This document shows, piece after piece, positions 46,755 to 57,769 of a stretch of DNA of 64,000 nucleotides. The stretch comes from an uncultured Clostridium sp. GTDB lineage: Bacteria > Bacillota > Clostridia > Christensenellales > CAG-138. The first letter of the stretch is position 1. The number at the start of each line of letters is the position of its first letter. A program made the translations under genes and the position numbers. The notes under the pieces are model-generated. The model ran no database searches, was not told where the DNA came from, and saw nothing but the letters and a program-made list of their open reading frames with translations. Location of the stretch: assembly GCA_964392455.1 (NCBI GenBank), contig CAYMPG010000001.1, positions 8,050 through 72,049 of the forward strand. The letters are read 5' to 3'.

Positions 46755-46821
46755 CGTATGCTAAAATTTGCCCTTACAAGGCATACTAAAGGCATATGCA
46801 GAAAAATAAGGGAGGCAATTT

Positions 46822-49800
46822 ATGCTGCCAAACAGAACTTATAACGGCCTGACGGATAGAGCCTGCAAAGCCGCAGAGCTTAAAGAAGAGGCCATGCTTC
46901 AGGCGGAGCTTTCGGTAAGGGGGAACCGCCGCTGCCATCTTATGCTGGGGGCAGACAGGCGGCTGCTGATAGCTGCATACAAAAAAGCGGAGGCATCCGG
47001 AGCCACAGGTGCGCTGGATGCGCTCAGGCGGGATTTTCACGTGGTGGAAAGGGCCATGCTGGGCCTTGAGGAATGTGACAGGCTCAGGCTGCCGGTGCTT
47101 ATGCATGGCAGCAGGGCTGGGCTTCCCCGGGCCTATGATATTGCGGCCTGTCTTGTTGGGGGCAGGGATGGCAGGGTGGATGAAGGGGCGCTCAGCAGAT
47201 TTCTTGACGCATACCAGAGCGTTACGCCCCTTACCATGGCCGAGCTTGGGGCCCTTAAGGATATGCTGACTGCGGCGCTGATAAAGCTGCTGAGCGTGGA
47301 GTGCTCAAGGGCGCTGGATAGCCTGAAGGCGGAACAAAGCGCAGGGGAGGCTGCGGAGCAGCTAATAAAGATAGCGTCCCCCGGCAGATGCAGGGCCATA
47401 TTGGAAAGGCTTGATCCTGTAAATGACCCTGCCCTTACGGAGAGGCTGTATACCCTGCTCTCAGAAAGGGATATGGAAAGGGCCGTAGCCGAGCTCAGGG
47501 AGCGGCTGCGGCTTGAGGATCAGGATATAGAGCAGCTTTGCACAAAGGCACGAAATGAACGGGCACGCAGCCAAATCAGGGTGGAGAGCGCCATACACAG
47601 CCTGCGGGTAATAGCCGGCATGGACTGGGAGGCAGTATTTGAGCAGCACAGCCATGTGCATAGAGAGCTGTGCAGGGATACGGTATATTGCCGGATGGAT
47701 GCAAGGAGTCGTGGGTATTACCGCGCCTGCACAGAGCGGCTGGCTGCACGGCTTGGCGCTGCGGAAACGATAATAGCCCGGCAGGCGGTGCAGCTTGCAG
47801 AGGGGAAGGAGGGCAAGGAAGGTGAGGCCGGGTATTATCTGTTTTTGGATGGCAGAGAGAGGCTTTATGCCGCTCTTCGGCCGGATAAGAGGTTCAGAAA
47901 GCCTGTGGAGGGGCGCAGGCTCAGGTGGTTTGTAACGGCGGAGGTGGTGGTAATGCTGCTGCTTATATGGCTTGCTGCCACAGATGGCATAGGGCCGCTG
48001 GTGCTGTCCCTGATACCAAGCTGGAGCATAAGCAGCCTGCTGTGCGTCAGGGCCTTTATGGCGGGAACACCGGTAAGATATATTCCAAGGCTCGGGGAGG
48101 ATGAGCTGGGCCCTGAGCTTACGCTGGTGGTGATACCTGCGCTGATATGCAGCGAGGATACCCTGAGGACGGCTGTGGCGCAGCTGGAAAGGCATATGCT
48201 GGCATCCCGGCTGGAGCAGTGCAGATATGCGGTGCTTGGGGATTTTCCCGATGCTAATGAGCCGGAGCTGAAGGGAGAAAGGGAACTTATTCGCCTTGCA
48301 GGTGAGCTTGTAGATGGGCTGAATAAAAAATACCCTTCGGCACAGCCCCGCTTTTACTATCTGCATCGCTGCAGGGAGCTTAACAGGGCAGATGGCATAT
48401 ACATGGGCAGGGAACGCAAGCGTGGAGCCATATGCGACCTTGTGACGCTGATATCCCAGGGCAGGGCCGATGCATTCTGCTGCATCAGCAGCCCGCTGTC
48501 AGGGGATATAAAGTATTGCCTTACGCTGGATATTGATACTATCCTGCCTCCAGGTGGGGCAGGGGAGCTGATAGGCTGCATGGAGCATCCGCTGAACAGG
48601 CCAGAGGTATCCTCAGGCGTGGTAAGGGCAGGGTATGGCCTTATAGCTCCCCGCATGGCGGCTTCGCCACGGGGGGCTGCAAAGAGCCCCTTTGCTGGGC
48701 TGGTATCTGGCGAGCCGGGCATAGATGGGTACTTCCCCACAGGGCCGGAGTTTTATCAGGATGTATTCGGGTGCGGGCTCTTTGGAGGCAAGGGCATATT
48801 TGACCTGGCTGCATTTCGCGATACGGTAATGGAATGGATACCCGAAAACACCGTGCTGAGCCATGACCTGCTGGAGGGATGCTTCCTGCACGCAGGGTAT
48901 GCGGGAGATGTGACCCTGTTTGACAGCGAGCCCGCCAGCTTCATCTCCTGGTGGAGGCGGCAGCACAGGTGGGTGAGGGGGGACTGGCAGCTTTTGCCCT
49001 TTTTGTTTGATACTGTAAGGGATGCCCATGGGGTAAGGCGGGAAAATCCATTATCCATGCTGTCACGGCGGAAAATACTGGATAACCTCCGCCGCTCCAT
49101 GCTGCCCTGGGGCGTAATGTATACGGCGCTGCTCATACCCTATACGGGCTTTGGCTGGCACTGCCTGCTTGCGCTGCTGGCCCTGTGGGATGGGTTTGCC
49201 TTTGACCTTATCAGCCTGCCCTTTCGCATGGCTAATGCAAGGAACGCCGACCCTTCAGGCATGGTGAAGGATATGCTGCGTCCTGCACAAAGGGCGCTGT
49301 TGGATATAGTGACCCTGCCCTACGGGGCAAACAGATGCAGCTCCGCCCGCAACCGTACCCTGTACAGGGTATTTGTATCCCACAGGCATATGCTGGAATG
49401 GCAGACTGCAAATCAGTCAGCCGGGCGGCCAGGCGATATAAACGGCTATTATGGTGCGCTGTGCTTTAACCCTGCCATGGGTATAGTGATGGTGGCCGGG
49501 GCCATATTGGGCAAAACTCCGCTGTTTGCAGCGGCCCTTGGGGTGCTGTGGATAGGCATGCCTCTTATCATATGGGCGCTGGATGCCCCGTATCAAAGGG
49601 AAAGGCTGACAGATGCTGAGCGGGAGCTGCTTATGGATATTGCCCGGGGAACATGGGGGTTTTTCGACAGCTTCTGCACGGAGGAAAGCGGCTTCCTCCC
49701 TCCTGATAACTTTCAGCAGCACCCCAATAAGCGCCCTGCCATAAATACCTCGCCTACGAATATGGGCATGGGTATCATGGCAGCGCTGGCCGCATCAGAG

Positions 49801-52800
49801 CTTGGCATAATAAGCAGGAGCGCCGGTGCAGAGCGCATTGAGAGGGCCGTAAATACCATGGAACAGATGGAGAAATGGCACGGCCATCTTTACAACTGGT
49901 ATCGCACGGATACGCTGGAGGTGCTGCACCCAAGGTATATTTCCACGGTGGACAGCGGCAACCTGGCAGCATCGCTGCTTACTGCCGCCCAGGCCATGGA
50001 GGAGGCGGGGGAGAGGGGCCTTTCAAAAAGGCTGCGCGCCCTTGCCTATGGGATGGAATTTGCGCCCCTATATGACAGGGATAGAAGGCTTTTCCATATA
50101 GGCTACGATGGGGAAAGGCATGAGCTTTCTCAGGCCTGGTATGATCTGCTTGCATCGGAGGCAAGGCTTACGAGCCTTGTAGCAATAGCGCTGGGGCAGG
50201 TGGAATACAGGCACTGGTTCAGCCTGGGCAGGCTTATGGCGCCGGTGCAGGGCAGGAGCCTGGTATCCTGGAGCGGCACAATGTTTGAATACCTTATGCC
50301 CCTCATATTCACAGGGGCGGTGCCCGGCACCCTTATACGGGAAAGCTGCGACAGCGCCATCCGTGCCCAGCGCAGGTATTCCGGCGGGCAGATATGGGGC
50401 ATATCAGAGTCCGGCTACTATGCCTTTGACAGGGAAATGCGCTATCAGTATCGTGCCTTTGGTATGCGCTGCCTGAGCCTTACGGGGCTAAGGCAGGAGC
50501 GGGTAATATCCCCGTATTCCACGCTGCTTTCCCTGCCCCTTGCGCCCAAGGCTGCCCTTGCCAACCTTCAGCGGCTGAATGGGCTTGGTGCGCTGGGGCT
50601 GTATGGCATGTATGAGGCGATAGATTACGTTAAGGAGCGGCTGCCACAGGGTCAGGAGTATGAGATAGTAAAAAGCTACATGGCTCACCATCAGGGCATG
50701 GGCATTTGCTCAGTGGCAAATGTCCTGCTGAATGACGTATTGAGCGGATACTTTTGGCGTGTGCCGGAGCTGGGCGCTGTACGCATACTTAATGAGGAGC
50801 GTATTCCATCCTATGGCATAGGGGTAAAGGCCCTTCATTCCTGCGAAGGCAGAAATACCGGCACAAAGCGGCAATCAGCATACCGGCGGCGCATCATACG
50901 AGAGCCCCTTGAGGCGCCTGAGGGGCAATTGCTTACAAATGGCAGCTATACCCGCTTTATTACGGATTCCGGACAGGGCTTTTCAAAGCGGGGGGATATA
51001 ATGCTCACCCGCTGGCGGCCGGATTACCTTAGAGAGATCACAGGCGTTCATATTCTGGTAAGCTGCGGGGAAAGGGTATTTGACGCTGCGGAGGATGGGG
51101 AAACGGTATTTCTTCCCCACAAGGCGGAGTTTACCCGGCAGGAGGGCAGCATTTCCACCAAGCTGGAGGTATGCGTATCCCCAAGGCAGGATGGGGAGAT
51201 ATACAGGCTCACTGTGGCAAACCATGGCGAGGAGAAAAAAACGGTGGCCGTGGGAGGGTTCTTTGAGCCCTGCCTTTGCCCCTGGGCGGAAGAAGTGGCC
51301 CACCCCGGCTTTAACAGGCTTACAATAGATGCCATGCTGCGCCGGGATACGCTGATATTTGAAAAGCGGCCCAGAGAGGGAGCGCAGGGAAGGTATCTTT
51401 ATACCAGGCTCATATCATCGGGAGAGGTGATATATCAGGCGAATATGCTGGAGGCTGTGGGCCGGGGCAGGTCTCTTAAGCAGGCCATGGTCCAAAGGGT
51501 GCAGCAGCGGGAGGTATCAGCCCCTGTGCTGCCCTTTGCCGCCGCCCGCACTGAGCTTGACCTTGAGCCGGGGGAGGGGAAGGAGCTGTGGCTGCTTATG
51601 GGCTATGGAGACAGCCTGCAGCAGGCGCTGGAGGATTGCGAGGAGATGGCGGGAGACCTGGGAGAGTGCTTTGCCCTGGCAGATGCCCATGCCGCGGGCA
51701 TGCTTAACATGGCGGCCATAGAGCCTGGCAAGGCAGAGCTGTTTGAAAGAATAGGAGCAAGGGCGCTGCTGGGCATACCTCAAAAAGAGGGCACAGGCCG
51801 TACAGGGGGCCTTGCAGCACTGTGGAAGCACGGAATATCCGGGGACAGACCGGTACTGCTGGTGAGGATAAGCCGGGTAACAGAGCTGAGGATGCTGAAA
51901 TCTCTGGGCAAGCTGGCTGAATATATGGAGCAGCGGCTGTGCCCTGTGGATGTGGCGGCGGTGGGGATGTACCCAATGGAATACCGCAATGAGCTGAGGG
52001 AGCGCATGGAGGCTATTCCCGGCATAAGTGTGATACATGGCTATGAGCTCTGTGAAGGGGAATACGATGCGCTGCGGTCTGCTGCAATGCTGGAGATAGA
52101 CCCCTCCGTCAGCCTGAACAGGCAATTTACCCCAAAGCCCATAAGGTGGGGAGAATACCGAAGCTACTCAGGTGCGCTTCATCCGCCCCTTGATATACAA
52201 AGGCCGGAGCTGGACTTTTTCTGTGGGTATGGCGGCTTTAAGGCGGATGGGGAATACGTGATACTCCTTGAAAAGGGGCAGAGCACGCCCATGCCCTGGT
52301 GCAATGTTTTGGCCAATGAAGTATTTGGCTCCATAGTCAGCGAAGGTGGAGGAGGCCACACCTGGAGCGGAAACAGCCGGGAAAACAAGCTGACCCCATG
52401 GTACGATTCCCCCGTAAATGACCCCCAGGGCGAGTTTATGCTGATAACGGATGTAGATAGCGGGGAGACCTGTTCTCCCTGTGGAGGGCCATTGCAGCAG
52501 GGCCGTGTAATGATAGAGCATGGCTACGGCTACAGCCGGTTCACTACTGGGGAGGCGGGGTTACATACTGAGCTTACAGTATTTGTACACAGGGAAAAGC
52601 CTGTAAAGTACAGTCTGCTATCCCTGAAAAACCCCGGCACACACAGGCGAAGCATAAGCGTAATGTACGGCGTGGAATGGTGCCTTGGGGATATACCGCG
52701 GCCTGAGGCCATATTTACCCACCGGGAGGGCAGCTTTGTATTTGCGCGGAATTGCCGGCCCGGCGGTGATGGCCGGGAGGGGTACATATGGGCATCAGAG

Positions 52801-54456
52801 CCGGCAGAGGCCTGCTCTGATAGGCTTACCATATTCCAGGCAGGGTGGGATAGGTATGCCTTGGCGGATATTCATGGCCCTGGCCATGCTGCCTCTGCCC
52901 TGAGGGTGAGCATACAGCTCCAGCCGGGGGAGGAGAGGGAGATACTTTTCTGCCTTGGTGAGGATAGCCAAAAGGGGGCAGAGGAGGCTGTGGAGGTGGA
53001 TGTTCACAGGGAGCTGAGGCTTGTGCAGGAGCAGTGGCGGGAGAAGACAGGCGGCGTTTGCATACACACGCCGGATCCATCCATGGACAGGCTCATGAAC
53101 GGCAGGCTGATGTATCAGGTGTGGGCATCGAGGATACTGGGACGCTGCGGCTATTATCAGTGCGGCGGGGCCTATGGCTTCAGGGATCAGCTTCAGGATA
53201 TGCTGCCGCTGATGCATCACTTTCCCGGGCGGGCAAGGGAGCATATACTTCTTTGCGCCTCAAAGCAGTTTAAGGATGGGGATGTGCTGCACTGGTGGCA
53301 CAGTCCCAGCAGGGGAGTGCGTACCCATATAGCGGATGACAGGCTGTTTTTGCCGTATGTTGCAGCGGAGTATGTGGAGATGACAGGCGACAGGAGCATA
53401 CTGGAGCAAATGGTAACATACCTTGCCCATCGCCCGATACCTGAGGGAGCAAAGGACTTGTATAGTGATATGCAGGACAGCCGTGAGAGAGAAAGCCTGT
53501 ATCTTCACTGCGTAAGGGCGGTGGACAGCATACATACAGGCAGCCACGGCCTTCCCCTTATGGGCGGGGGCGACTGGAATGACGGCATGGACAGGGTGGG
53601 ACAGGCCGGCGGCGAGAGCGTATGGCTGGGCTGGTTTATGCTGGAGGTGCTGGAACGCATGGAGCGTATGGCAGGTATGCTCAATAAAAGGGCAGATGCA
53701 AGGCGCTTTGCGGCCCGCAGAAAGAAGCTGAAGGCGGACGTGGAAGCGGCATGGGATGGTGCCTGGTACAGGAGGGCGTATTATGGCGACGGAACGCCCC
53801 TTGGCTCCAGCGAAAACTCAATGTGCAGAATAGACTGCATATCCCAGGCCTGGGCAGCCATATGCGGCGGAGAAAGGGCGGAGACAGCCATGGATTCCCT
53901 CCTTGGTATGCTGTACGGGGAAAAGGATGGCATACTCAGGCTGCTTACGCCCCCATTTGAGCCGGAAGAAAGATCGCCCGGGTATATTCAGGCCTATATA
54001 CCGGGAGTAAGGGAAAACGGCGGCCAGTATACCCATGGGGCCATGTGGGCTGTAAAGGGTCTTTGCGCCATTAACAGGGGAGAAAGCGCACTTGCGCTGT
54101 TTGATGGGCTGAATCCTGTAAACCATGCCCTCACACGGGCCCAGGCGGCGGGATATATGGCCGAGCCCTATGCTGTGGCGGGGGACGTGTATTCAGAGCC
54201 AAATGCAGGCCGGGGCGGCTGGACGTGGTATACAGGGGCCGCGGGATGGATGTATAAGGTGTGCCTTGAGGATATGCTTGGGGTGCGGCGGCGGGGCAGC
54301 AGCCTGGAAATAGCCCCAACAGTGCCCTTTGAAGGGTATACCGTGGAATACCGCTACGGCAGCAGCAGCTATATACTGCATCTTGCCGGCAGCAGCCGGG
54401 GGAGAGTGGAGCTTGTGGATGACGGGCAGACCCATGAGGTGAATATGCTGCCCTGA
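46822..54456 (+). CDS. Cyclic beta-1,2-glucan synthase-like giant protein (2544 aa): GT84-type glycosyltransferase, central glucan-cyclisation-like region and C-terminal GH94-like phosphorylase domain
   Basis: GGGAGG RBS. GT motifs LTLDIDT, GRERKRGAICDL and QHRWVRGDWQ. Central motif PPDNFQQHPN...TSPTNMGM. C-terminal GGGDWNDGMD and GGQYTHGAMW. Several TM segments flank the GT domain. Confidence 0.8.
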   Translation: MLPNRTYNGLTDRACKAAELKEEAMLQAELSVRGNRRCHLMLGADRRLLIAAYKKAEASGATGALDALRRDFHVVERAMLGLEECDRLRLPVLMHGSRAGLPRAYDIAACLVGGRDGRVDEGALSRFLDAYQSVTPLTMAELGALKDMLTAALIKLLSVECSRALDSLKAEQSAGEAAEQLIKIASPGRCRAILERLDPVNDPALTERLYTLLSERDMERAVAELRERLRLEDQDIEQLCTKARNERARSQIRVESAIHSLRVIAGMDWEAVFEQHSHVHRELCRDTVYCRMDARSRGYYRACTERLAARLGAAETIIARQAVQLAEGKEGKEGEAGYYLFLDGRERLYAALRPDKRFRKPVEGRRLRWFVTAEVVVMLLLIWLAATDGIGPLVLSLIPSWSISSLLCVRAFMAGTPVRYIPRLGEDELGPELTLVVIPALICSEDTLRTAVAQLERHMLASRLEQCRYAVLGDFPDANEPELKGERELIRLAGELVDGLNKKYPSAQPRFYYLHRCRELNRADGIYMGRERKRGAICDLVTLISQGRADAFCCISSPLSGDIKYCLTLDIDTILPPGGAGELIGCMEHPLNRPEVSSGVVRAGYGLIAPRMAASPRGAAKSPFAGLVSGEPGIDGYFPTGPEFYQDVFGCGLFGGKGIFDLAAFRDTVMEWIPENTVLSHDLLEGCFLHAGYAGDVTLFDSEPASFISWWRRQHRWVRGDWQLLPFLFDTVRDAHGVRRENPLSMLSRRKILDNLRRSMLPWGVMYTALLIPYTGFGWHCLLALLALWDGFAFDLISLPFRMANARNADPSGMVKDMLRPAQRALLDIVTLPYGANRCSSARNRTLYRVFVSHRHMLEWQTANQSAGRPGDINGYYGALCFNPAMGIVMVAGAILGKTPLFAAALGVLWIGMPLIIWALDAPYQRERLTDAERELLMDIARGTWGFFDSFCTEESGFLPPDNFQQHPNKRPAINTSPTNMGMGIMAALAASELGIISRSAGAERIERAVNTMEQMEKWHGHLYNWYRTDTLEVLHPRYISTVDSGNLAASLLTAAQAMEEAGERGLSKRLRALAYGMEFAPLYDRDRRLFHIGYDGERHELSQAWYDLLASEARLTSLVAIALGQVEYRHWFSLGRLMAPVQGRSLVSWSGTMFEYLMPLIFTGAVPGTLIRESCDSAIRAQRRYSGGQIWGISESGYYAFDREMRYQYRAFGMRCLSLTGLRQERVISPYSTLLSLPLAPKAALANLQRLNGLGALGLYGMYEAIDYVKERLPQGQEYEIVKSYMAHHQGMGICSVANVLLNDVLSGYFWRVPELGAVRILNEERIPSYGIGVKALHSCEGRNTGTKRQSAYRRRIIREPLEAPEGQLLTNGSYTRFITDSGQGFSKRGDIMLTRWRPDYLREITGVHILVSCGERVFDAAEDGETVFLPHKAEFTRQEGSISTKLEVCVSPRQDGEIYRLTVANHGEEKKTVAVGGFFEPCLCPWAEEVAHPGFNRLTIDAMLRRDTLIFEKRPREGAQGRYLYTRLISSGEVIYQANMLEAVGRGRSLKQAMVQRVQQREVSAPVLPFAAARTELDLEPGEGKELWLLMGYGDSLQQALEDCEEMAGDLGECFALADAHAAGMLNMAAIEPGKAELFERIGARALLGIPQKEGTGRTGGLAALWKHGISGDRPVLLVRISRVTELRMLKSLGKLAEYMEQRLCPVDVAAVGMYPMEYRNELRERMEAIPGISVIHGYELCEGEYDALRSAAMLEIDPSVSLNRQFTPKPIRWGEYRSYSGALHPPLDIQRPELDFFCGYGGFKADGEYVILLEKGQSTPMPWCNVLANEVFGSIVSEGGGGHTWSGNSRENKLTPWYDSPVNDPQGEFMLITDVDSGETCSPCGGPLQQGRVMIEHGYGYSRFTTGEAGLHTELTVFVHREKPVKYSLLSLKNPGTHRRSISVMYGVEWCLGDIPRPEAIFTHREGSFVFARNCRPGGDGREGYIWASEPAEACSDRLTIFQAGWDRYALADIHGPGHAASALRVSIQLQPGEEREILFCLGEDSQKGAEEAVEVDVHRELRLVQEQWREKTGGVCIHTPDPSMDRLMNGRLMYQVWASRILGRCGYYQCGGAYGFRDQLQDMLPLMHHFPGRAREHILLCASKQFKDGDVLHWWHSPSRGVRTHIADDRLFLPYVAAEYVEMTGDRSILEQMVTYLAHRPIPEGAKDLYSDMQDSRERESLYLHCVRAVDSIHTGSHGLPLMGGGDWNDGMDRVGQAGGESVWLGWFMLEVLERMERMAGMLNKRADARRFAARRKKLKADVEAAWDGAWYRRAYYGDGTPLGSSENSMCRIDCISQAWAAICGGERAETAMDSLLGMLYGEKDGILRLLTPPFEPEERSPGYIQAYIPGVRENGGQYTHGAMWAVKGLCAINRGESALALFDGLNPVNHALTRAQAAGYMAEPYAVAGDVYSEPNAGRGGWTWYTGAAGWMYKVCLEDMLGVRRRGSSLEIAPTVPFEGYTVEYRYGSSSYILHLAGSSRGRVELVDDGQTHEVNMLP

Positions 54457-54496
54457 GGGGATTGAATTATATCCTGTCATGCTGTAAAGTTAAGGT

Positions 54497-56404
54497 ATGG
54501 ATAGCAGATATGACAGCTTTATGCCCGTATCCCGGGCGGATATGGAACGGCGGGGCATAGCCCAGCTTGACTTTGTGTACATAATCGGGGATGCCTATAT
54601 AGACCACCCCAGCTTTGGCCCGGCCATAATAAGCAGGGTGCTGCAAAGCAGGGGCTATACCGTGGGCATAATATCCCAGCCGGACTGGCACAGCGCAGAG
54701 GATTTCAGGCGGCTGGGCCGGCCCAGATTGGGCTTTCTCATAAGCTCAGGCAATATAGATTCCATGGTGAATCATTACACCGTGGCAAAAAAGCGCCGCA
54801 CCTCAGATGCATATACTCCCGGCGGAGAAATGGGCAGGCGGCCGGACAGGGCGGTGATAGTGTATGCCAACAGGGCAAGGGAGGCATACAGCGGCGTTCC
54901 TGTGCTCATAGGCGGCATTGAGGCCAGCCTCAGGCGCTTTGCCCATTATGATTACTGGGATGATAAGGTGCGCCGCAGCATACTTTGGGACAGCGGAGCA
55001 GACCTTCTCATGTATGGCATGGGCGAGCGGGTGATACTGGAGGTGGCCGAGGCGCTGGATGGGGGCCTGCCGGTGGAGCAGATAACCTACATACCCGGCA
55101 CCTGCTGCCGGGTAAAGGGGCTGGAGCAGGTATACGATTATCAGCTTATACCGGGATATGATAAGGTATCCACAGATAAGCGGGCCTATTGCGAGGCATT
55201 TATGGCCCAGTATCGTGAGCAGGACCCAATACGGGGCAGGCGGCTGGTGCAGCCCCATGGGGACGGGTACCTTGTGGCTAATCCTCCTGCAATGCCTCTT
55301 ACCCAGGAGGAGATGGATGAAGCCTATGGCCTGCCGTATACCCGAAAGCCCCATCCCTCATACAGGCAGCATATACCGGCCATGGATGAGATAGAGTTTT
55401 CTATAACCTCATGCAGAGGGTGCTTTGGCGCATGCTCATTTTGCGCCCTTACCTTCCATCAGGGCCGCATAGTGCAGACCAGAAGCCATGCCTCCATAAT
55501 AGACGAGGCAAAGCTCCTTACCGCCCAGCCAAACTTTAAGGGATACATACACGATGTGGGCGGCCCCACGGCAAACTTCCGGCAGCCTGCCTGTAAAAAG
55601 CAGCTTACCCATGGGGTATGCGCCGAAAGGCAGTGCCTTGGCTATGACCCCTGCCCGAATATGCAGGCAGATCACAGGGATTATGTAAAGCTGCTGCGGG
55701 AGCTGAGAGAGCTGCCCGGCATAAAGAAGGTGTTTGTGCGCTCAGGCATAAGGTATGACTACGCCATGTACGACAAATCCGATGCATTTTTAAGGGAGCT
55801 TGTGGAGCACCATGTGAGCGGCAGGCTGAAGGTTGCCCCGGAGCACGTGGATGACCGGGTGCTGAAGCTCATGGGCAAGCCCTCAAGGGCGCTGTATGAC
55901 AGATTTGTACAAAAATACGCCGCACTGAACTGCAGGCTGGGCAAGGATCAGTACCTTGTGCCGTACCTTATGAGCTCCCACCCGGGAAGCGATCTTAGCT
56001 GTGCAGTGGAGCTGGCGGAGTACCTGCATAAAACCGGCCAGCGGCCTGAGCAGGTGCAGGACTTTTATCCCACCCCCGGCACCCTTTCCACCTGTATGTA
56101 CTACACGGGCTATGACCCCCGCACCATGGAAAAGGTATACGTGCCAAAGGACAGGCATGAAAAGGAAATGCAGCGGGCGCTCATGCAGTATTTTCTGCCC
56201 CAGTACAGGGATAAGGCCAGGCAGGCCCTTATAAAGGCAAACCGGGAGGATCTGATAGGAACGGGCCGGGATTGCCTTGTGCCGCCCCAAAGGCCGGAAA
56301 GGCCGATGGCAAAGGAACAGGGCGGCAGGCAAAGGCAGGCGCATCCTCAAAAGGGGCAGTCACGCAAAGGCAGCGCCCCATCCGGGAAAAAACGCACACG
56401 ATAA
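54497..56404 (+). CDS. ygiQ: YgiQ-family (UPF0313) radical SAM protein
   Basis: N-terminal motif [11 protein letters not shown]. The Cys cluster [12 protein letters not shown] carries the radical-SAM CxxxCxxC triad. Basic C-terminal tail. Start may be 54497 or 54521. Confidence 0.85.
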   Translation: MDSRYDSFMPVSRADMERRGIAQLDFVYIIGDAYIDHPSFGPAIISRVLQSRGYTVGIISQPDWHSAEDFRRLGRPRLGFLISSGNIDSMVNHYTVAKKRRTSDAYTPGGEMGRRPDRAVIVYANRAREAYSGVPVLIGGIEASLRRFAHYDYWDDKVRRSILWDSGADLLMYGMGERVILEVAEALDGGLPVEQITYIPGTCCRVKGLEQVYDYQLIPGYDKVSTDKRAYCEAFMAQYREQDPIRGRRLVQPHGDGYLVANPPAMPLTQEEMDEAYGLPYTRKPHPSYRQHIPAMDEIEFSITSCRGCFGACSFCALTFHQGRIVQTRSHASIIDEAKLLTAQPNFKGYIHDVGGPTANFRQPACKKQLTHGVCAERQCLGYDPCPNMQADHRDYVKLLRELRELPGIKKVFVRSGIRYDYAMYDKSDAFLRELVEHHVSGRLKVAPEHVDDRVLKLMGKPSRALYDRFVQKYAALNCRLGKDQYLVPYLMSSHPGSDLSCAVELAEYLHKTGQRPEQVQDFYPTPGTLSTCMYYTGYDPRTMEKVYVPKDRHEKEMQRALMQYFLPQYRDKARQALIKANREDLIGTGRDCLVPPQRPERPMAKEQGGRQRQAHPQKGQSRKGSAPSGKKRTR

Positions 56405-56599
56405 AGAATGAGCCTGTGAAAAGACACTCATAAGAGGCTATCGTAAAGATTAAATCAATTTATGCTCGATACCGAGGCCGCCCGGGCGAAAACCACCCAG
56501 GCGGCCTTAGCTAAACAGCAGATTTATTCGTATTTTTCTGATATACTTTATTCAGCGAAAGAACGAAAAAAGCAGAATTTGACAAAGGAGCGGAATTGT

Positions 56600-56770
56600 A
56601 TGAAAAAGCAGTTAAGAGGAATAGCCCTGATTCTTTTTGGTATTTTGCTTGCAATAGTGAGCGTTGCAAGTGAACCATTTTCTGCGGGCGAAACCTATAT
56701 GATTTGGTGCCTGGCAGGAGGAGCGTGCGGAATAGCAGGCCTTGTTATGGCCTTTGCAAAAGAAGAATAA
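56600..56770 (+). CDS. Small two-TM membrane protein (56 aa)
   Basis: AAGGAG RBS. Only the C-terminal part of ORF 56462..56770 looks coding. Confidence 0.4.
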   Translation: MKKQLRGIALILFGILLAIVSVASEPFSAGETYMIWCLAGGACGIAGLVMAFAKEE

Positions 56771-56810
56771 AAGGCCAAATTCTGCTTACCGAACAGAATA
56801 TCAAAAAAAC

Positions 56811-56855
56811 AGACCGCCCACTGCTCGCAATTTGCGAAAAGCTGGCGGTCTTTTT
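56811..56855 (+). terminator. Intrinsic terminator
   Basis: AGACCGCC...GGCGGTCT with an inner TCGCA/TGCGA hairpin, followed by TTTTT. Confidence 0.6.
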
Positions 56856-56942
56856 GTAAGCATCTGCTGCTTTAATATTTGTTGTTCGTTTTATATTTAT
56901 GGCACATTCCGGGCAGATTAAAAGAAAAAGGGGGAAACCGAA

Positions 56943-57092
56943 ATGACCAAAAAACGAACGCTGTGGCTGGCGCTCATAATAGGCGCAGCGGCTGTGGCGG
57001 CAGCGATTATGCTGCTTTGCGGCGGCCCTGAGCAGAAGGCTCATGAAGGGGCAAGGTTTGTGTGGGCACAGGAGTGCCGTCAGCTCTCCTGA
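56943..57092 (+). CDS. Possible small lipoprotein or membrane peptide (49 aa)
   Basis: AAGGGGG RBS. Sequence MTKKRTLWLALIIGAAAVAAAIMLLCGG.... Its end overlaps the convergent P-II-like gene. Confidence 0.3.
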   Translation: MTKKRTLWLALIIGAAAVAAAIMLLCGGPEQKAHEGARFVWAQECRQLS

Positions 57093-57769
57093 TCCTCATC
57101 GGGCACCCGTATGCCGGCAACGGCATCCACCGGCAGCGAAAACAATACTGTGCGGGCGGGGGATTTGACTCCTGCCTTTTGTATTATGGAATTCATTACG
57201 TCGGTGCGCTTTTCGGTGGGAACTACGATATACAGCATATCCTTTTCATCTGCAATGGATACGCCGAAAAACTTGGCACGATCCTCGCCAAGGGTACCCT
57301 TGGCGTGTACTATGGTGCCGCCGGAAGCGCCTGCTTCACAGGCTGCGTCCATGACTATATCTGTATGACCACGCTCTACAATGGCAACGATGAGGGAATG
57401 CTTACTGTCTTTCACTTTTTTTACCTCGTCTCCCATGATAATGTCCTCGGTGCAGAGTGTACGCAAGGCAGTGGCCCCGCCGATACACTCAAGATTGATA
57501 AAAAACGCTATGCCGGTATTCGGCGTATCTATGTGCATCTCGGTTTTAAGATGCCTGAGTATCTGGCTTATGCGGCAGGAGGGCACGACGCTTATCAGCA
57601 TCTGCTTATCCTTTGGCTCCAGCCCCAGCATATCCAGCAGCTTCTTGCGGGCTGAGCCCTCGCAATGGGTGCTGTAAACTATGCCGGCGCCGTTATACCG
57701 GAAAAAGTCGGTATACTCCTCGCCAAGGTCCCGGCGGATTATGGCTACTGCCATGCTGTATCCGTTCAT
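57080..57769 (-). CDS. Tandem P-II (GlnB)-like domain protein
   Basis: 229 aa with two beta-alpha-beta halves. The second half (HSLIVAIVERGHTDIVMDAACEAGASGGTIVHAKG) is clearly P-II-like. ATGA overlap with the upstream DUF1538 gene. Confidence 0.65.
   Translation of the reverse strand: MNGYSMAVAIIRRDLGEEYTDFFRYNGAGIVYSTHCEGSARKKLLDMLGLEPKDKQMLISVVPSCRISQILRHLKTEMHIDTPNTGIAFFINLECIGGATALRTLCTEDIIMGDEVKKVKDSKHSLIVAIVERGHTDIVMDAACEAGASGGTIVHAKGTLGEDRAKFFGVSIADEKDMLYIVVPTEKRTDVMNSIIQKAGVKSPARTVLFSLPVDAVAGIRVPDEDQES

Noticed and set aside
56462-56599. Upstream two-thirds of ORF 56462..56770
   Set aside because: It contains a strong hairpin (56474-56510) and has no coding character. An AAGGAG RBS precedes the internal ATG at 56600, where the hydrophobic protein begins.
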